This document shows, piece by piece, positions 50,875 through 64,000 of a DNA stretch of 64,000 nt. Positions within the stretch are counted from its first letter, which is position 1. Each line of letters starts with the position of its first letter. Below the pieces are notes generated by a model that ran no database searches, had not been told where the DNA came from, and was given only the letters and a program-made list of their open reading frames with translations. Origin of the DNA: Phoronis australis (lineage: Eukaryota; Animalia; Phoronida). The position numbers and the translations under genes were made by a program. The stretch covers positions 231,371-295,370 of the forward strand of contig NMRA01000229.1 of the NCBI GenBank assembly GCA_002633005.1, given 5' to 3'.

Positions 50875-52109
50875 CTGGCCTACTTTTGTCTAAGTTGAAT
50901 TTGTCGATGAGATTGACCTATTTGTATTTGTAAATCAAAACTTCACGTGAAACTTCGTAAACTTTTTTCCAGATTCATTTTCAATATTTGAAAGTGAAGA
51001 ATTCACCAAAATATAAAAGTCAGCAATTCAGCATCTCTCTGGTAAATACTGGTTCAGCGGAATTCAGTCTCGTTAGTTTACTGACAGCTGCCGCTACCAG
51101 GAGTTGCGACTTTTTAAGGCGAGCGTGGTGTTTATGCTTGCTCGTTCTTGTCAAAGTTTTTACAAATCACGTTCCCGTAGACACCCGATTTTACTGAAGG
51201 CATACGGTCCGTGGACGCTTTATGGAATGAAGGTATATTGAGGTATCAGCCCTGTTTTGTTAGTGTAGTACTGCAAAACGTCGAAAGTTTTGCGCACAAT
51301 AATATCCACAATATTTACCAAAAAGCGTGTCAGTAGTTGGTTGTTGAAACTGCGTCACTACATCAGTACACATAGAAAGTGCTGAACATGACAACAGACT
51401 TTTTGCAACTGTACATGCACGGTGCATATTTTAATAAACTAATTATCTAGAAATAGTGAAAACCCGATGTTAGTTTTATAGCTCACAATGTCTGAACGTT
51501 TTCTTGAATTGCCCTTATTCAGAGTGCATACATGTAACTGAGGGCGCTGTTATCGGGGACATTTTGCAAATATTTATGACTGACTTATTATTATTGGTTT
51601 GCGTTTAGTTCTTGCATTTATTGATTTATATCTATAATGTATAATTTGAAATCCCTTCTACGTGTAGGTTTCCATTCTTTGCCCGTTTTCGTATTTTCAT
51701 ACTCCTCCTCCCTCACCCAATCTCTGCAATTTGCGATCTCTCCTTCCCTTCCTACCATGTACCCGGTACATGTACATGTACCTCCCAGTCTTGGCTGGAT
51801 AAGTTTTGCATTTACATGTACCTCTTAGTACCGACATACATGTACACGTAGCTATGTAATTGCACAGCTGCAGTTGGAAATAACGGATTTGACTGAAATT
51901 ACAAAAAGAGATTTGCATATCTTTGAGTGTGTGTGCGTGCCTGTGCGTGTGTGATACATGAGTTGTGAATTCTAGTGGCCCAATTCAGTGAGTCGCTACA
52001 TTTTTTGTGATATTCATTATTAGTGTTGAAGTGTGAAATAAATAGTATCGACAAGAAGTTAGAAATGATATAGGCAAATGTTCAACTTCGGAACATGGTA
52101 TCTCAGAAA

Positions 52110-52400
52110 CATCACATCACTAACTCCACCACCTGAAGCCAATCCAACACGATTTTACTCACTTACATGTAAGAAACGTCTGATCAAAGAATCGCCAAAT
52201 ATTGCTCCTCTGAAAAAAGATGACGTCCTATACACTGACCGAGAAACAAAATCAGAAATATTTGTATTAAATGCACACCTTTCCTCTGTCAATCAATGGT
52301 ATAGATACACCCAAGAAGGGCACAAGCCAACATAATTCTATGCCGTGTATAATTTTCTTCAGTCATGACGGTACATGCAAAATCTTCGCCAGCTTACGGA
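52110..52400 (+). mobile_element. Short LINE (CR1-like) ORF2 fragment
   Basis: EANPTRFYS...IAPLKKDDVLYTD..TKSEI..LNAHLSSV resembles the NPKKFW...IPPLK...EKAEILNxxFSSV region between endonuclease and RT. Confidence 0.5.
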
Positions 52401-52489
52401 GCAAACGAGGNGGAATTGATGTTTAGGCTTGACTTTGGGTATGTTGATGACAATGCCCTCAAACAATCAAGTCCAGTAACGGTTATGTC

Positions 52490-53116
52490 CATAGGCGGAT
52501 TTAGGGGGGGGGGGCAGGGGTAAGATGTGAATTTTAATCGAAGCCTTAGTGAATCACTCAGAAACTCATAATTCTCTCTTTGTCAAACCTTAACCTAAGA
52601 CGATTTCCAAAGTAATCCCGCCATTATTGCTAACAAGAAAAGCGGATTTGGTCTTTTGGGCATTTGAAGACTATTTTAAATACAACAACTTTGTTACCAA
52701 CCGAGTGCACAAAATATAAAACGTGTAATAAGCACTACAAAATGAAGTAGGTTTCGCGCGCAAACGCTGTGGACCATAAACAAGCCTACATGTACATACA
52801 AGTAGGTCTCTTCGTATTCGATTAGGAGTTAAATCGTGTGGGTGTAGTGGTAAAGCACGCGCGCTTTATCCGCCAAGTCGAGTTCGAGTCTGTGGTATGT
52901 GCAGTTTTTCCTGTTTGACACGTTCTCCTTTTTTGCCTTTTTTCGTGGATAATACTTCTGGAATCAAGGAAAATGCTTGATTTTTAGAGGAAAAAACAGA
53001 AAAATTTCTTGGACCTCCCCTCATTCCTTGCTATGCGCATCTACAATCGTGGTTTGCGCAAATGCATACAGAAAAAATGTTGGGCCCCCCTTTGTGATAT
53101 CCTAGATCCGCCACTG
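52490..53116. mobile_element. Composite MITE-like element containing a dispersed repeat with a tRNA-like segment (second copy 5994-6457)
   Basis: Ends cataggcggat...gatccgccactg. Block 52521-52990 matches 5994-6457 and includes A-box-like ggtgtagtggtaaagc and B-box gttcgagtc. Confidence 0.6.
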
Positions 53117-55139
53117 AATACTTTGCACTTATGAATTGAAAGCAATTGTGTACGTGGCTTTTTTATCGCGTCATGGGTCATGTCATTTCTATTATTTTTA
53201 TTTTTAATAGATGTACAGGTATTGAAAACACGAAAGCAATGGGCAACAGACAAATGACACACGTACACGCACGAGCAAACATACATCACATCCGCGAGCG
53301 CGTATTTCGAGAACTGACAACAAAATATGGATTATATTGGCTTCAAGTCCCACTTGACACACCAGCGACATTTTTCTTTAAAGAAACCAATTTGGTCCAC
53401 CTTCTAAACTATTGTAATCACAAAACATTTACAATTTCCCCACGGATTGTTATCCTTTCTTCCTGGAAGTGGTCGAATACAGCACGTGTAATTAGAATAG
53501 ACAATAAGCAGGCCGAACTGCCCAACATCAAACCATACCACGGGACTGTCTATTACGAGTCGAGGGTATAAGATACTATGAAGGGAAAACAGACCTTTAC
53601 AAAATCCAAATTCCATCATACACTTCTTCCGACAACTAACATAGTAAGTTCAACAATCAAAGACTACCTTCAGTATATAAAATGTATTTACATATACCCA
53701 TACACACAGTACAGTCTTCAGACGACCTAGGTAATGGAAAAATACGCATAAGGTTAACACAGATGGAAACATGGAATGTGCTGGCAAATTTCAGAAAAAA
53801 ACAGGAGCATATCAATACATTACAAATAGTAAATAACACAATAACTTTTCAGCAAAATACGAGTGGATGGTAACATTTTATAGATGAAAAATCCATGCAT
53901 TCAATAACTAAGACGACTAACATTGTTATGCATTGCATGGTGTAAACTGCTGAATAACCTGTCAGTGTTGAACTCGTCACCATAGGTATTTCATGGCCTC
54001 CACCACGTCACTAATTCTAAATTTTGCGGCTGGCGTAGGAATGAGTTCGTGACAGCTGACAATTAAATAAATTTGGAAATGAACAAGAGTAAGATTAAAA
54101 TAAAAGACCTGTGGTGAGGAAAGATAGACAATACATACCACACAGTTCATTAACAAAAGGAGAAGTCCTACAACAAGATTCCATCAATGGCTAGAAGACT
54201 AAGGTAACAAAACTAATTTTCTTGTGGAAATCATTGAAACTATCTTTAAAACAAAATGAAAGCCTACACAATTTGAATGACATCTTTAGTACAAGATAAA
54301 AGTATTCAGACAAAATTATTTGAAATTCCCGACACCACGACATGGCGCAAGCAGAACTCAACGTCAGAGTAATCTTACTCTTGACAGAGAATGAAAGGGT
54401 AAGTTCGTAAAGAGGCAAAAGACATTTTGTAATTAGAATTTTGCCTCCCATAATAGTTACTACCAGTCACTTTTTGCTGTTAATAGAGTTACCAGTCAGG
54501 GCGAGAAAACGGATAATTTTGTCTGAATATTTTGTCTCATACTGTACATTTACCTACATTGTTTGGAACTTTCACATATAAGTATTCAAGACTTCATCAA
54601 CCCTATACAACACGTTTCACCAGAAGTAAGTTCCATTGTAAGAAGACACTGTACATACTTGAAGAAAATGATGGTAAACATATGACTTTCAAGTCCCTAA
54701 ATTTTACTGACATGCTTAAAAAAATGTCAGTTTTACAACTTGTATGCTATATAAATGCTTTAACTGACTGCTCTATCTGGTTACATGATAAACAGACAGC
54801 GAAGACACACACTTTCCATGTTTCACGATGTAGGACATGTTTTTAAAATTCAGGGTATGAAATTACATTTCAGATGTCTTTAGGAACAAATACATGTGCA
54901 CAAATGTATGACAATATAAAGACCTTAAGCACCACTATAGCTCTTTACAAAGTGTAGCGTCAAAAAGATACCTCTGTACTAAATTAACAAGTGTGCAGAT
55001 CTCCCTAAGCAAGTCATTGGCCTTGATGTTATTTAAAACATTATTTGATGGGATATGTGCTTTTCATAACAAATCTACAGGAGTGGAATATGTACCAAGC
55101 GCCATCTATACACAAGTTCTGTACTAACACCTGACTTGC

Positions 55140-55220
55140 TCAGTGAAGTAACCAGATCAAAACTACCACAACTGAGGCAAAGACAGTCAGTATGCTGCTT
55201 TTAGTAACCGTGGACCCCAT
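55140..55220 (-). CDS. bou-like gene coding exon 4 (GPI-signal-like tail)
   Basis: ccttgttttgcag| acceptor, phase 0, 26 aa with a Ser/Thr stretch then a hydrophobic stretch, then TGA. Confidence 0.85.
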   Translation of the reverse strand: MGSTVTKSSILTVFASVVVVLIWLLH

Positions 55221-58200
55221 CTGCAAAACAAGGAAATGATGGTTTAGTGATTGTACAGAACAAAAACATTCTAAACAGTCATTTCCAAAAGCCACTTTTA
55301 TGAGGTGATGTACTGAGAGTCAATGGTCTTTTTAGCTCCATCAAATTAGAGCACAACTTTGGCGGAACAGTAAAATTTTACCTATGTAAAATGTCAACAA
55401 GTGTAAACATAAGAAGACAAGTCTACTTTCATCATTTGAAAACATTACATAATACAGCTGTCACCAATCAAATAACAATGAAATTTTGAACATTTTGGCA
55501 TTGTACAGCGAGCATTTTAATTAACGATTTTGGACGTTAGTTTTGGTTGAATTTCAGGAAAATTTACCATACAACCAAGCGTTGACACATTTCGGTCGGT
55601 CATTTCTCTGGATATGTCCATACAACAGGGCTCTTGGAAAAATGATCACAGGTATCTGACACTTGGGAGCACTTGGATTATATTTTCCTGGTAAAAATTC
55701 GTTGATAACACAACTAAACTTTTTCTTTGCTACACAACTGCACACCTGAAGAAAGGAGATAGTTTCGACACTGCGAGCAATTGTGTATCAAGCTTTCAAA
55801 CAAAAAGCTTAGTAGTGTTTTCAACGAAGTTTGTGTTAACGAATGACTGCTACCGAACTATCGTGGTAAAATCTGAAGATGGCCTGAGAAATGACAGACT
55901 GAAACATCACACTAACATAAATAGGCTAAAAGCTGGTCTAAATAGGCCAATAAATTTTAGAAATATTATGGACCATGACAGCAGACTTTTTATATTGGCT
56001 AGTGGTCAGAATGAAAGCCAACATTGACCAGAGTCGTAGGAATTAGAGGTGGTTGGTTTGAGGTCAAGGGGCATCGGGAATAAGTACAGCATTTGACATA
56101 TCAGTCATCGTACAAACAGATATTCCCACAACAGCAGACAAACGTGGAGGAAACTGGGTTTACTATCCATTTAAATCACACCAGTGTTGAATATCGGTCC
56201 ATAGCAAGGGGTCAGCCTCACACATGTGAAGGTTTGAGATGCATCATGGATGAAGACACATGCGAAGGTTTTCCAGACTGGGTGAGAACAAAGTAGGGTG
56301 TGAAGGTGAATTACTCAGCTGACAGTGGCCGAGGGTGTAATGTGCCAAAACGTCACTTGTATATACAATATGAAATCTTTGAAAATAAAATTCTAGGAAA
56401 AATTTAAAAGTCTTGATTTTTGACGATGATTTCTGTGACTACGGAATCCTGGACATGCTTTTGAAGTCATCAGAAGATAAAAGAGTTTCCAAGTTTCACT
56501 GACGATATCATGTCAGGGAAGGTTGTTATGGCAATCTCAGTAAAAACCAGGATCACGTAAGTACATCAACACTTTTTGCATATGCCAGTGCACATCCCAC
56601 ATAATAGTGATCTTCACAGGTTTGAAAAAATGGATTAGCAGTCTGAGATTTTACCTCACATGTAGTATAGAAATCAACCTTGTGTGTGAGACTGATGCTG
56701 ATGAGAGTTTAAATGTTCAAAAATCTTATCCTATTTAACTAAGGCAGCAGTTACTTTATCACCCAAATGAACTTACAATTTTTAATACTAACCGTGACAT
56801 AATAGTTGCACAAGTCCCCTGTGCAGCATTCTATACACATCCAATCGTTGTACCAATCCCGTTTGCACTTTGTACGCAGTTGGTTTCGGAGGTCACGACA
56901 GTCGTTTCCCGTTGAGCACTCTTTGGTGATACGATACATGCGCTCACCGTGCTTCGTCCAGTACGGTGGAACTATAACAAGAACACTTGTTTAGGGATGA
57001 CGCAGACCACAGGTTTTCAGATTCAGTTGAATTTTTAGCTCACGCTTTTGTTTTGCCAAGTGCACTTCTCTAATAAAAGAGAGACAAATTACAAGCCTTT
57101 TGAGAACACTATTGTGCCCTTATGGCACAAGAACAAAATAGACATCCTTGTAAGCTGCACATTTATGGTAGACATACTTTTTCTACGTGATATGATATTT
57201 AGTGCAACTCTGTATTCTGCAATAAGCTCCAAGTCAAGTAAACAGTTATTTCAAGTTGGTTTTTTAAAAATGGTAAACAAAATGCACTCATACATTGTCA
57301 TTTCACTGATGTACAGATTCTGTAGTTGAAGGTGTGCAAAATTGACTGAGTAACCAAACATTGCCAGCTACTAGTATAGTGTGTGAATTTAACGAAATGC
57401 ACCATACGGGTTGCAATATGATATCATATAACAGTAATTAAGTTACTTCATGTTGTTCCAATATAAGAGTACTTTACCCCACCAGTGGCGTAAAACTCTT
57501 TTCAGCATGTGACTGTGATACAACACCACTTGTGTCATGGTGCTAAGCGTCATCTAGCGGATCAAAAAATGTTACAAACTTCTGGCAATGAGCCATGTGT
57601 GAAATAAATGAGGGGCAAAATGTAACGTGCTATTTTTCACAATAACTCAAGGTGTGCAAAATGAGGTGAGCATGGTAAGTAAGTGGACATTTATCATACA
57701 TTTTTATGGTACAATTTTTACAGAGGCTATGAATTTTAAGTATACTATATAAGCCCACATTTCAAAGAAGATGCAAACTCTCAGGTACAAAATTGGTCTA
57801 ATTTGCTCCTTGTTGAAATATATGGGTCTGCAAACAACGGACAGTTTGTTATTCCTTGAGATCACAATCTACGCACAAACTGATTGTGACCAGCCAACTT
57901 TTATTTGCCGACCAGAAATCTCCTTTTGCATACCATCTGATGTATTGATATTTGTTCATCACTAAACGTGTTCAGAACATTTTCTGCCTTGGTTCACCTC
58001 GTTTAAATCTAAAAATGATGAGAACCGTGAATTTATAATGACTTACACCTGGAATGTTGCAAAGATGAACAAGAAAATTGGTTAATTAACAGATAATCAG
58101 AAATCTTTTTTTTTTCTGGATTGAAGTGCCATTTAGGCCTGCCTATAGTGTGTGTTCTACTGAAGCTTGCATGAAACATTTAGTGAAACTGACTTGCATG

Positions 58201-61200
58201 TCATCCATTTAGCCACACAGGAATTTCCTTTTTGGGGGGCACCAGACCATGCTTTTTTAATTCTACGAGTACTTACTTAAAAACATCCTTAACGTTTTCT
58301 TTCAAAGCTACTTAAATAATTGGTGAAGTTTTGATAAGGGTTTATCTTCCTGCTTTGCAAAATGTTTTTGTTACCATGGTTTTCAGACTGTCACCATGGT
58401 TTTCAGACTGTCATACTGTTGCCGACACTGGTAGCACAAAGTGAAAATAATCTATAATCTTGTTCAATCAAAATGATTCACATTTAGTACATAGTTTGCA
58501 GTTAAACTAAAGCTGGCAAAAGAAAAAAGAAATGTTTTAAAGTAGACAGTTTTTCCATAGTACATAGTTCAAGATATTAAACATGATTCAAAGCTTTTCA
58601 AACATTGCTCAAAATTTTTAAATAATGGTGCAAAACTATGTTTAAATACATAGTAGCACATAGGGGTCACTTTTACAGGTTAGACACAATTTGCACGCAA
58701 AAGAAATTTAAACCTTCTTAGACTCTTGTACTAGTAGCACCCATTGGCTGCTGAACATATATACAACATAGCTACCATCAGACAGCGATCTCAGTCACAA
58801 ACTCTCCACGGATTTCACAGCAATTAGAAAAAAATTAAAAACTATCGATTTTGTCAATCATTTTATCCTAAAACGATGACACATTTTGTAGTACTTACTT
58901 TTCCACTCAATCAGTGATAGACATGAGTCTTGATTGGGTTCACAGGTGTACGTGGTTGTAACGCACTTGCCTTTGTTGTCCGCTTGATTGATACATTTGA
59001 AGCACTCAAGTGCATTGACTGAAATATTTAGAGAAATTGCATTACTTTCTAGAAAGAAAGTCATGATCAAACAGACAAGGGACCCGTTCCAAACCATATG
59101 GTACAAGAGCAATGCGGAGCGTTGAAATGCACCCACGAATGCACCGCAAATGGTGTGCTTCTAGAGTGGTTTATTTGTATCATAAAAATGGCCATAAGAT
59201 GGCACAAAATAGGTGGAATCCATTTGAAAATGGGAACATGCCATCATTTCGTAAATAGAAAGCTATTTACCAAATTTCATAAAAATCTGTCAAGAAACTT
59301 CAGAGAAACAAAGGAAAACGGAAAAAAATGAAATGCTACTAGGGGGCACATTGCTCGTCGGATCAGTCTGAAAGTCACCGTTGTCTGTTGCAAACTTCTT
59401 AAAGTTTACTAAATATAATAAAGATCCTGCAGTGGGTTTAGGTGATACAGCAAGGAGCAAAAAACAAAACTGCCACTAGGAAGCGCTACAGTAGTCTAAG
59501 TCGTCATCGTCAACTGTTCTCTTCACACACTGAGAAAATATACGGCAATTTTTAAAACCATCCTTTGAATGGTTTGGTTGAAAGAGGGGCAGACGCCAGA
59601 AAACAGACTCGAAAATTGCAAAAAAGCCCACTACTGGGTGGCGCAAAATACCCCAATCCACCGGAAAAGGAGAGGATAGCGTCATCTCAATAGATGCCTA
59701 TATTCCAAATTTTATGAAAATCCGGTGAGGACTTTTGAAGATACAGAAGTAAATGTAAAAAACTAAAATTGCCACTAGGGAGCACACCAGTGGTAATATC
59801 CATGCAAAAGTTTTGCTCATGCCATCCCATTCATGAAAGAAATGCATGTTCAAAATTTCATGAACATACGTCAAACTGTTTTGGAGATAGAGCTGCGGAT
59901 GCTGGACGAACAGACAGGAATGATGGCATAATGCATTCAACTATAAACATGTGGGCGCATAGTAATAGCAACTAAAAGCTAGTATGATCATGCCATCTTG
60001 CATACACTAGCCAATCTCGTAAGAAACTAAAGAGACTGAAACGCAGCCCAAAAAAATTTCAATGCTGAACAGAGATTCCTAGAGATTTGTGGTCCCACTC
60101 TAGCAGCTTTGGTCCAAAAACCAAATATGGTTTAAAAATTCAGTGTTTGCCAGGGTCATACCACCAACAAGAGAACCAGTTTTCATTGAATAAAGACAAT
60201 GTCCATTATTCAGTGAAACTGGTTCCCGGTATTGAAATGGGACACGTGTACTCTAAAATGTACATAAATTAATTTAAAAGTAATTCCAGTAGAGTTTGAA
60301 TTTTGTGTTTTGGAGAACACTGCTCTTTTCTTTGGAGTTTACACAGGAGCTGTCACTTCAAGGCCGCAACTTCGCTAACATCGTAGCCAGTAAACACTGT
60401 CTCTAGCTGAACTATGCACCGCCGGTGCTTTTCAGCGAATTTATGCCTCACACTCATAAAAAAATCAAAGTTACATTGTCATCAGTACTTTTTGCTATGC
60501 AGGGACACCTGCATTTTAAACAGCCATAATCAAACTTTTTCTTCGTGCAGCCCTTTGTTCAGTTGCCCAAATCGGCAATTGGCCATTTTTAGCACTTCGC
60601 GGCAAAACAAGTACATCATATTCCCTGGCATGCACTGCTTAAAAACGGCCAGTTTCCGATTTTGGGAACTGACTGAAGGACAGCTCGGAGAAAAAGTTTG
60701 ATAACAATTAACAAGAGTATTTGTTTCAGTTGGAAGAAATTAAAGACAACAGTGGCCTCCTAAGGACCTAAGTTGTCCCTCTGACTCTGTGTGCAAAAGG
60801 GAGGCCTGTAAACTAATTATAACTTACAACACCATGGCTTTGATGTTTTAATCAGTACGAGCCATAATTCGCCGATAAAACTGCGTAGCTCCTTTAGAAG
60901 TTTCTTACTAACTGGTCACTGTCTACTAAACGAAGCTTCGGAGTCATTTGGGAAGACCGGCATCAAGAATGTTTTGTAAATTGGAAATAAGTTTGTTGTT
61001 CTTTAGGGACCTCTTGCACGTGCTCGTGTCAGATCAGTTTAATTAAAGTTATCCATGACACGCAGTCCAAGTCCCCAGGCCGTGTATTTTACAGGACATC
61101 CGTGAATTGACTGAGAACCTGACCGACACCAAAAAACTAGGTCAAACTTAAAATGGCGATAACCGTTGTTTACAATTGCACACCTGGTACAGGTGTAAAG

Positions 61201-61321
61201 AATGGAAAGTAGAAAACTTCATTATGAACCTAACACAACACGAACAGTTTGTAACGCAGTGCAGGATCTTACCAGTGGCTAAAATACAAGTAAAACTCCA
61301 AACAGCAAGAATCTCCCTCAT
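55140..61321 (-). CDS. bou: Boudin-like Ly6/uPAR (three-finger) GPI-anchored protein, 4 coding exons, 142 aa
   Basis: Exons 61321-61273 (MREILAVWSFTCILAT, donor gtaaga), 59018-58899 (VNALECFKCINQADNKGKCVTTTYTCEPNQDSCLSLIEWK), 56971-56793 (IPPYWTKHGERMYRITKECSTGNDCRDLRNQLRTKCKRDWYNDWMCIECCTGDLCNYYVT) and 55220-55140 (MGSTVTKSSILTVFASVVVVLIWLLH*). All introns are GT-AG, phases 1/1/0 join in frame, total 429 nt. Has a signal peptide, CCxxxxCN and a hydrophobic GPI-type tail. From memory, LEC..C.NQ..N..KC..T..TCEP, W...PY and WY.DW.C.ECC.GD.CNY match Drosophila Boudin. Confidence 0.9.
56793..56971 (-). CDS. bou-like gene coding exon 3 (C-terminal half of Ly6 domain)
   Basis: ttatag| acceptor, |gttagt donor, 179 nt, ends CIECCTGDLCNYYVT. 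Confidence 0.92.
58899..59018 (-). CDS. bou-like gene coding exon 2 (N-terminal half of Ly6 domain)
   Basis: tttcag| acceptor, |gtaagt donor, 120 nt, 5 Cys (LECFKC...KC...TC...SC). Confidence 0.92.
59280..59965 (-). mobile_element. Inverted, diverged copy of the HINE-like element in intron 1 of the bou-like gene
   Basis: gccactaggg, gcgtcatctca and catgtgggcgcata are reverse complements of motifs in 3262-4135. Confidence 0.55.
61273..61321 (-). CDS. bou-like gene coding exon 1 (signal peptide)
   Basis: ATG at 61321, hydrophobic MREILAVWSFTCILAT, phase-1 donor G|gtaaga joins the next exon as V-N-A-L-E-C. Confidence 0.75.
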
Positions 61322-63086
61322 TTCGCAGTACGACCCACTACATCGGTGACTCAGTTGTTCAGTCAGGTCAATGTGGATTGATAATTTTATCACAATCATA
61401 ACATTTTCAAGGGAAATGCGCAGGGTCGCATATATTTGAGAATATATATTTATGTTCACGCAAAATCTTCATGAATGCTATTCTAATTCAAAATCGCGCA
61501 AATCTGCAAATCGAGACTCAAATGTGTACGGATGGACGAGCTTAACTGTTTCTTTGGAAGGGGTGGATAGCACCTGAATACCAGCGTCGTCGTGAGTCGT
61601 CGTCCAGCCCGCCAGGTTGCCTCCACCTGAGAATGTTTTCGGTCATCGTCACCCCTCGTCCAACGGTTTGTATCATAATATATCGTCTAAGTTACGTTTT
61701 CTTATGAAAAAGATAGATTTGATTCAAGTGTTTCGCACATGGGCGCTGGCAAGTGTCGTCAAAAAAGCAGAGCTTGGTGAACTACAGATCGAGGGTCGAG
61801 ATCGAGCAAACTATAGGGGCAGAGAGAGTGACGGTTTTAGCTTACGGCGAGTCACCTTGTCCGTTTGTAAAACTTGTACTGATACACCAAACAAAAACTC
61901 GTCATAGTTGAACCAAAACTCCACTCTGTTTCACATCTCCGAGTCCCCGGCCATCAAGGGAGGGGACGGAACTTGATACTGACTCATGATCGGCGATAAC
62001 TGTGACAACGTGGCCGTAACTAACTTTCACAGAACACGTTCCTCAGGCGGCCTATTCCATTCTTCCCGATTATGCGAGACCCATTTTGAATTGCAGTCTG
62101 CCCGGCAGTGTGCACTTTGCACTGAACTATAGGTATAGGAGTAGGCTAGCTCTTGATAGGACTATCCCTACTCAGGGAAATTCTGAAACAGGGGACCTTG
62201 TGGTGACATTTCACAAACATTAGCGTCGACCCTGGGCTTTTTCGGGTTAGCAGTGGAACGATGCAATAAGTTTTCAATACATTATTGTCAAAAGGGAAAC
62301 GCAAAAGACAAACTCACAGAAAAGACGTTAAACCCGCTTAGGTTCTACTACATGTATACCTCCATATAGATACTTATTCGCATAAACGTGAAAGCGTCGT
62401 GCCGCGGCGCCATGATGTCGCCCCAAAGCGATTACGGCAGATATAAAAAGAGGGTCTTTTCCACAGATTCGGAATCTTTGATTTTAAATACTTCATTCAG
62501 AAAATGTCCTCTCTTGGCCTGCTCATAAACTGAAAGTAAATAACCGTACTTTTTCCCGGCGAGGTGCTTCTCGTTTTCCTGTCATTAGCGCGAACACTGG
62601 ATTTGGGCAATGCCCTAATTAAGCAATAATAAATGTCCATAACTTGAATCTAAGAGTCCGTTCGCATGTGATTGCCTGGACGCCAACGTTTGGGTACCGC
62701 GGCATTTATTGCCTTAGTTGCTTGAATCATACATGTACAGTGTATCCTTCATTGCTCAGCAGTTGACTGAGTGTCGACAACGAGCGTACGTACTCCAAGG
62801 GGCCCATAATGTATCCAACTACGCGAGTCGCCGTTTTCCACGCAACTGCAGTACCTTGCAGAAGGGGGGCAAGGCGGAAAGACGTCAGCGGTCATCCACA
62901 TGGGGGCATCCAATCGATAAGTAAATTTTAGCTCGAAATGGTGACTCAAACTGTAGATCAATTGAGTAAAATTTCTAATCCTTGTTTCAGTTTTTACTTT
63001 TCTTAGTACAAGCTTAGGGTGCGTTCATTTGAGAAGCCTATCCAATAAAAAAAACTCAGGCATCAGCTAACTTCTGCACACTACTG

Positions 63087-63800
63087 CTATAGGAACTCCT
63101 CTCGAATGTTGTCGTCGGTATCTACTAACCATGAGCAAGGTATGAGTTCTTTTTTGTTGGACGTAACATACCTCGTCAGCAATAACAGAACAAATTTTGC
63201 ATTTCCGTTTCTAAGACGTGTTTTCCAATGATCTCGAAATTTCACTTTGAATTTTAAGCGGCGAATTATACGTGGCGACGCCACGGTGGCGTTCTTCATT
63301 TTCGCATGTTGTAATTGCGTTATCATAGGTACATTTTTCTGGATAGCCGTTATCTTCTGCCAATCTTTCATTCTCCTCTCAATCTAATGTCCTGGCGGCT
63401 GCAATGAAAAATTGCTTCAGCTTTCGCCTTGGGATTGTGCTTATTTTCCTTTATCAGCGCTTTCATCTTTTTGTCTCAGACTACGTCAGTACCCTTTTGT
63501 GGATTTTTCAGTGGCGTTGGACACCTGTTCGATCAAGTCTGTTGCTCGTATGAAGACTGCGAGGTCGTGCGCTTTTGGCCAACTGATTTGTTGTCAACAT
63601 GAGTAGCCTTTTTTTCGTTGACTACAGATTTGTTGATGGACACTTGTGTCAGAATACTGTTAACAAGCAGCCAGGCTTACAGTATGTTGGGTTTTTTGCG
63701 GGAAAGCGCGCCTGAACGTCTTGGCTTGAGCAACGTGGATTGTACATGTAAGTCGTATACTGAATGGAAACGCATTTTTTATAGTTGTTCAACTACGTGT
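63087..63800 (-). mobile_element. Degenerate hAT-superfamily transposase (ZMYM1/THAP12-like, DUF4371 region)
   Basis: Minus-strand frames give IKENK...EAIFHCSRQDIRLRG, then SVIADEV / SNKKEL...VDTDDNIREEFL, which are hAT catalytic-core motifs. Frameshifted. Confidence 0.72.
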
Positions 63801-64000
63801 ACACACTTAACCTAGCGGATAGGTTGGGACTGGACCTTTTTCCGCGGAGGCGTTCGATCAAACCCCCTGAATTACCCCTGAGTAAGGACCAGTAGCATGC
63901 GTAAGTTTGAATCCGATCAGAAATTTCTCAAATGATGTTCTCGCCAAGTTAGCAAATCTGCCAGTGGACATTTTTCTGGGACCCCGCTATTGTTATATTC

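Noticed and set aside
53146-53571. 141-aa plus-strand ORF
   Set aside because: No recognisable domain or splice structure; lies antisense to the probable 3' UTR of the bou-like gene.

Overview
This is repeat-rich, AT-rich eukaryotic genomic DNA with spliceosomal introns. It most plausibly comes from a marine invertebrate (inference), and the draft assembly has single-N joins and one N-run. I can reconstruct two intact, spliced, minus-strand Ly6/uPAR (three-finger) genes, each with a signal peptide, 12 cysteines and a GPI-type tail. One is a boudin-like gene, complement join(61273..61321, 58899..59018, 56793..56971, 55140..55220), 142 aa. The other is a divergent paralog, complement join(25303..25360, 19607..19741, 17131..17363), 141 aa. 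Between them lie a frameshifted Toll-like receptor pseudogene (LRR-TM-TIR, with an intron inside the TIR), a TTAA-flanked Kolobok-like element carrying a THAP ORF, a solo LTR, nested LINE relics (CR1/L2-like, Tx1/L1, RTE) and several MITEs. A hAT transposase relic lies at the right end. Two tandem duplications at the left end are probably uncollapsed haplotypes. The most striking cross-cutting signal is the palindrome TACATGTA: comparing related copies shows it is repeatedly a +6 bp insertion at TA, as expected for Tc1/mariner excision footprints, and it falls in frame inside coding relics. All calls are by eye; no database search was run.
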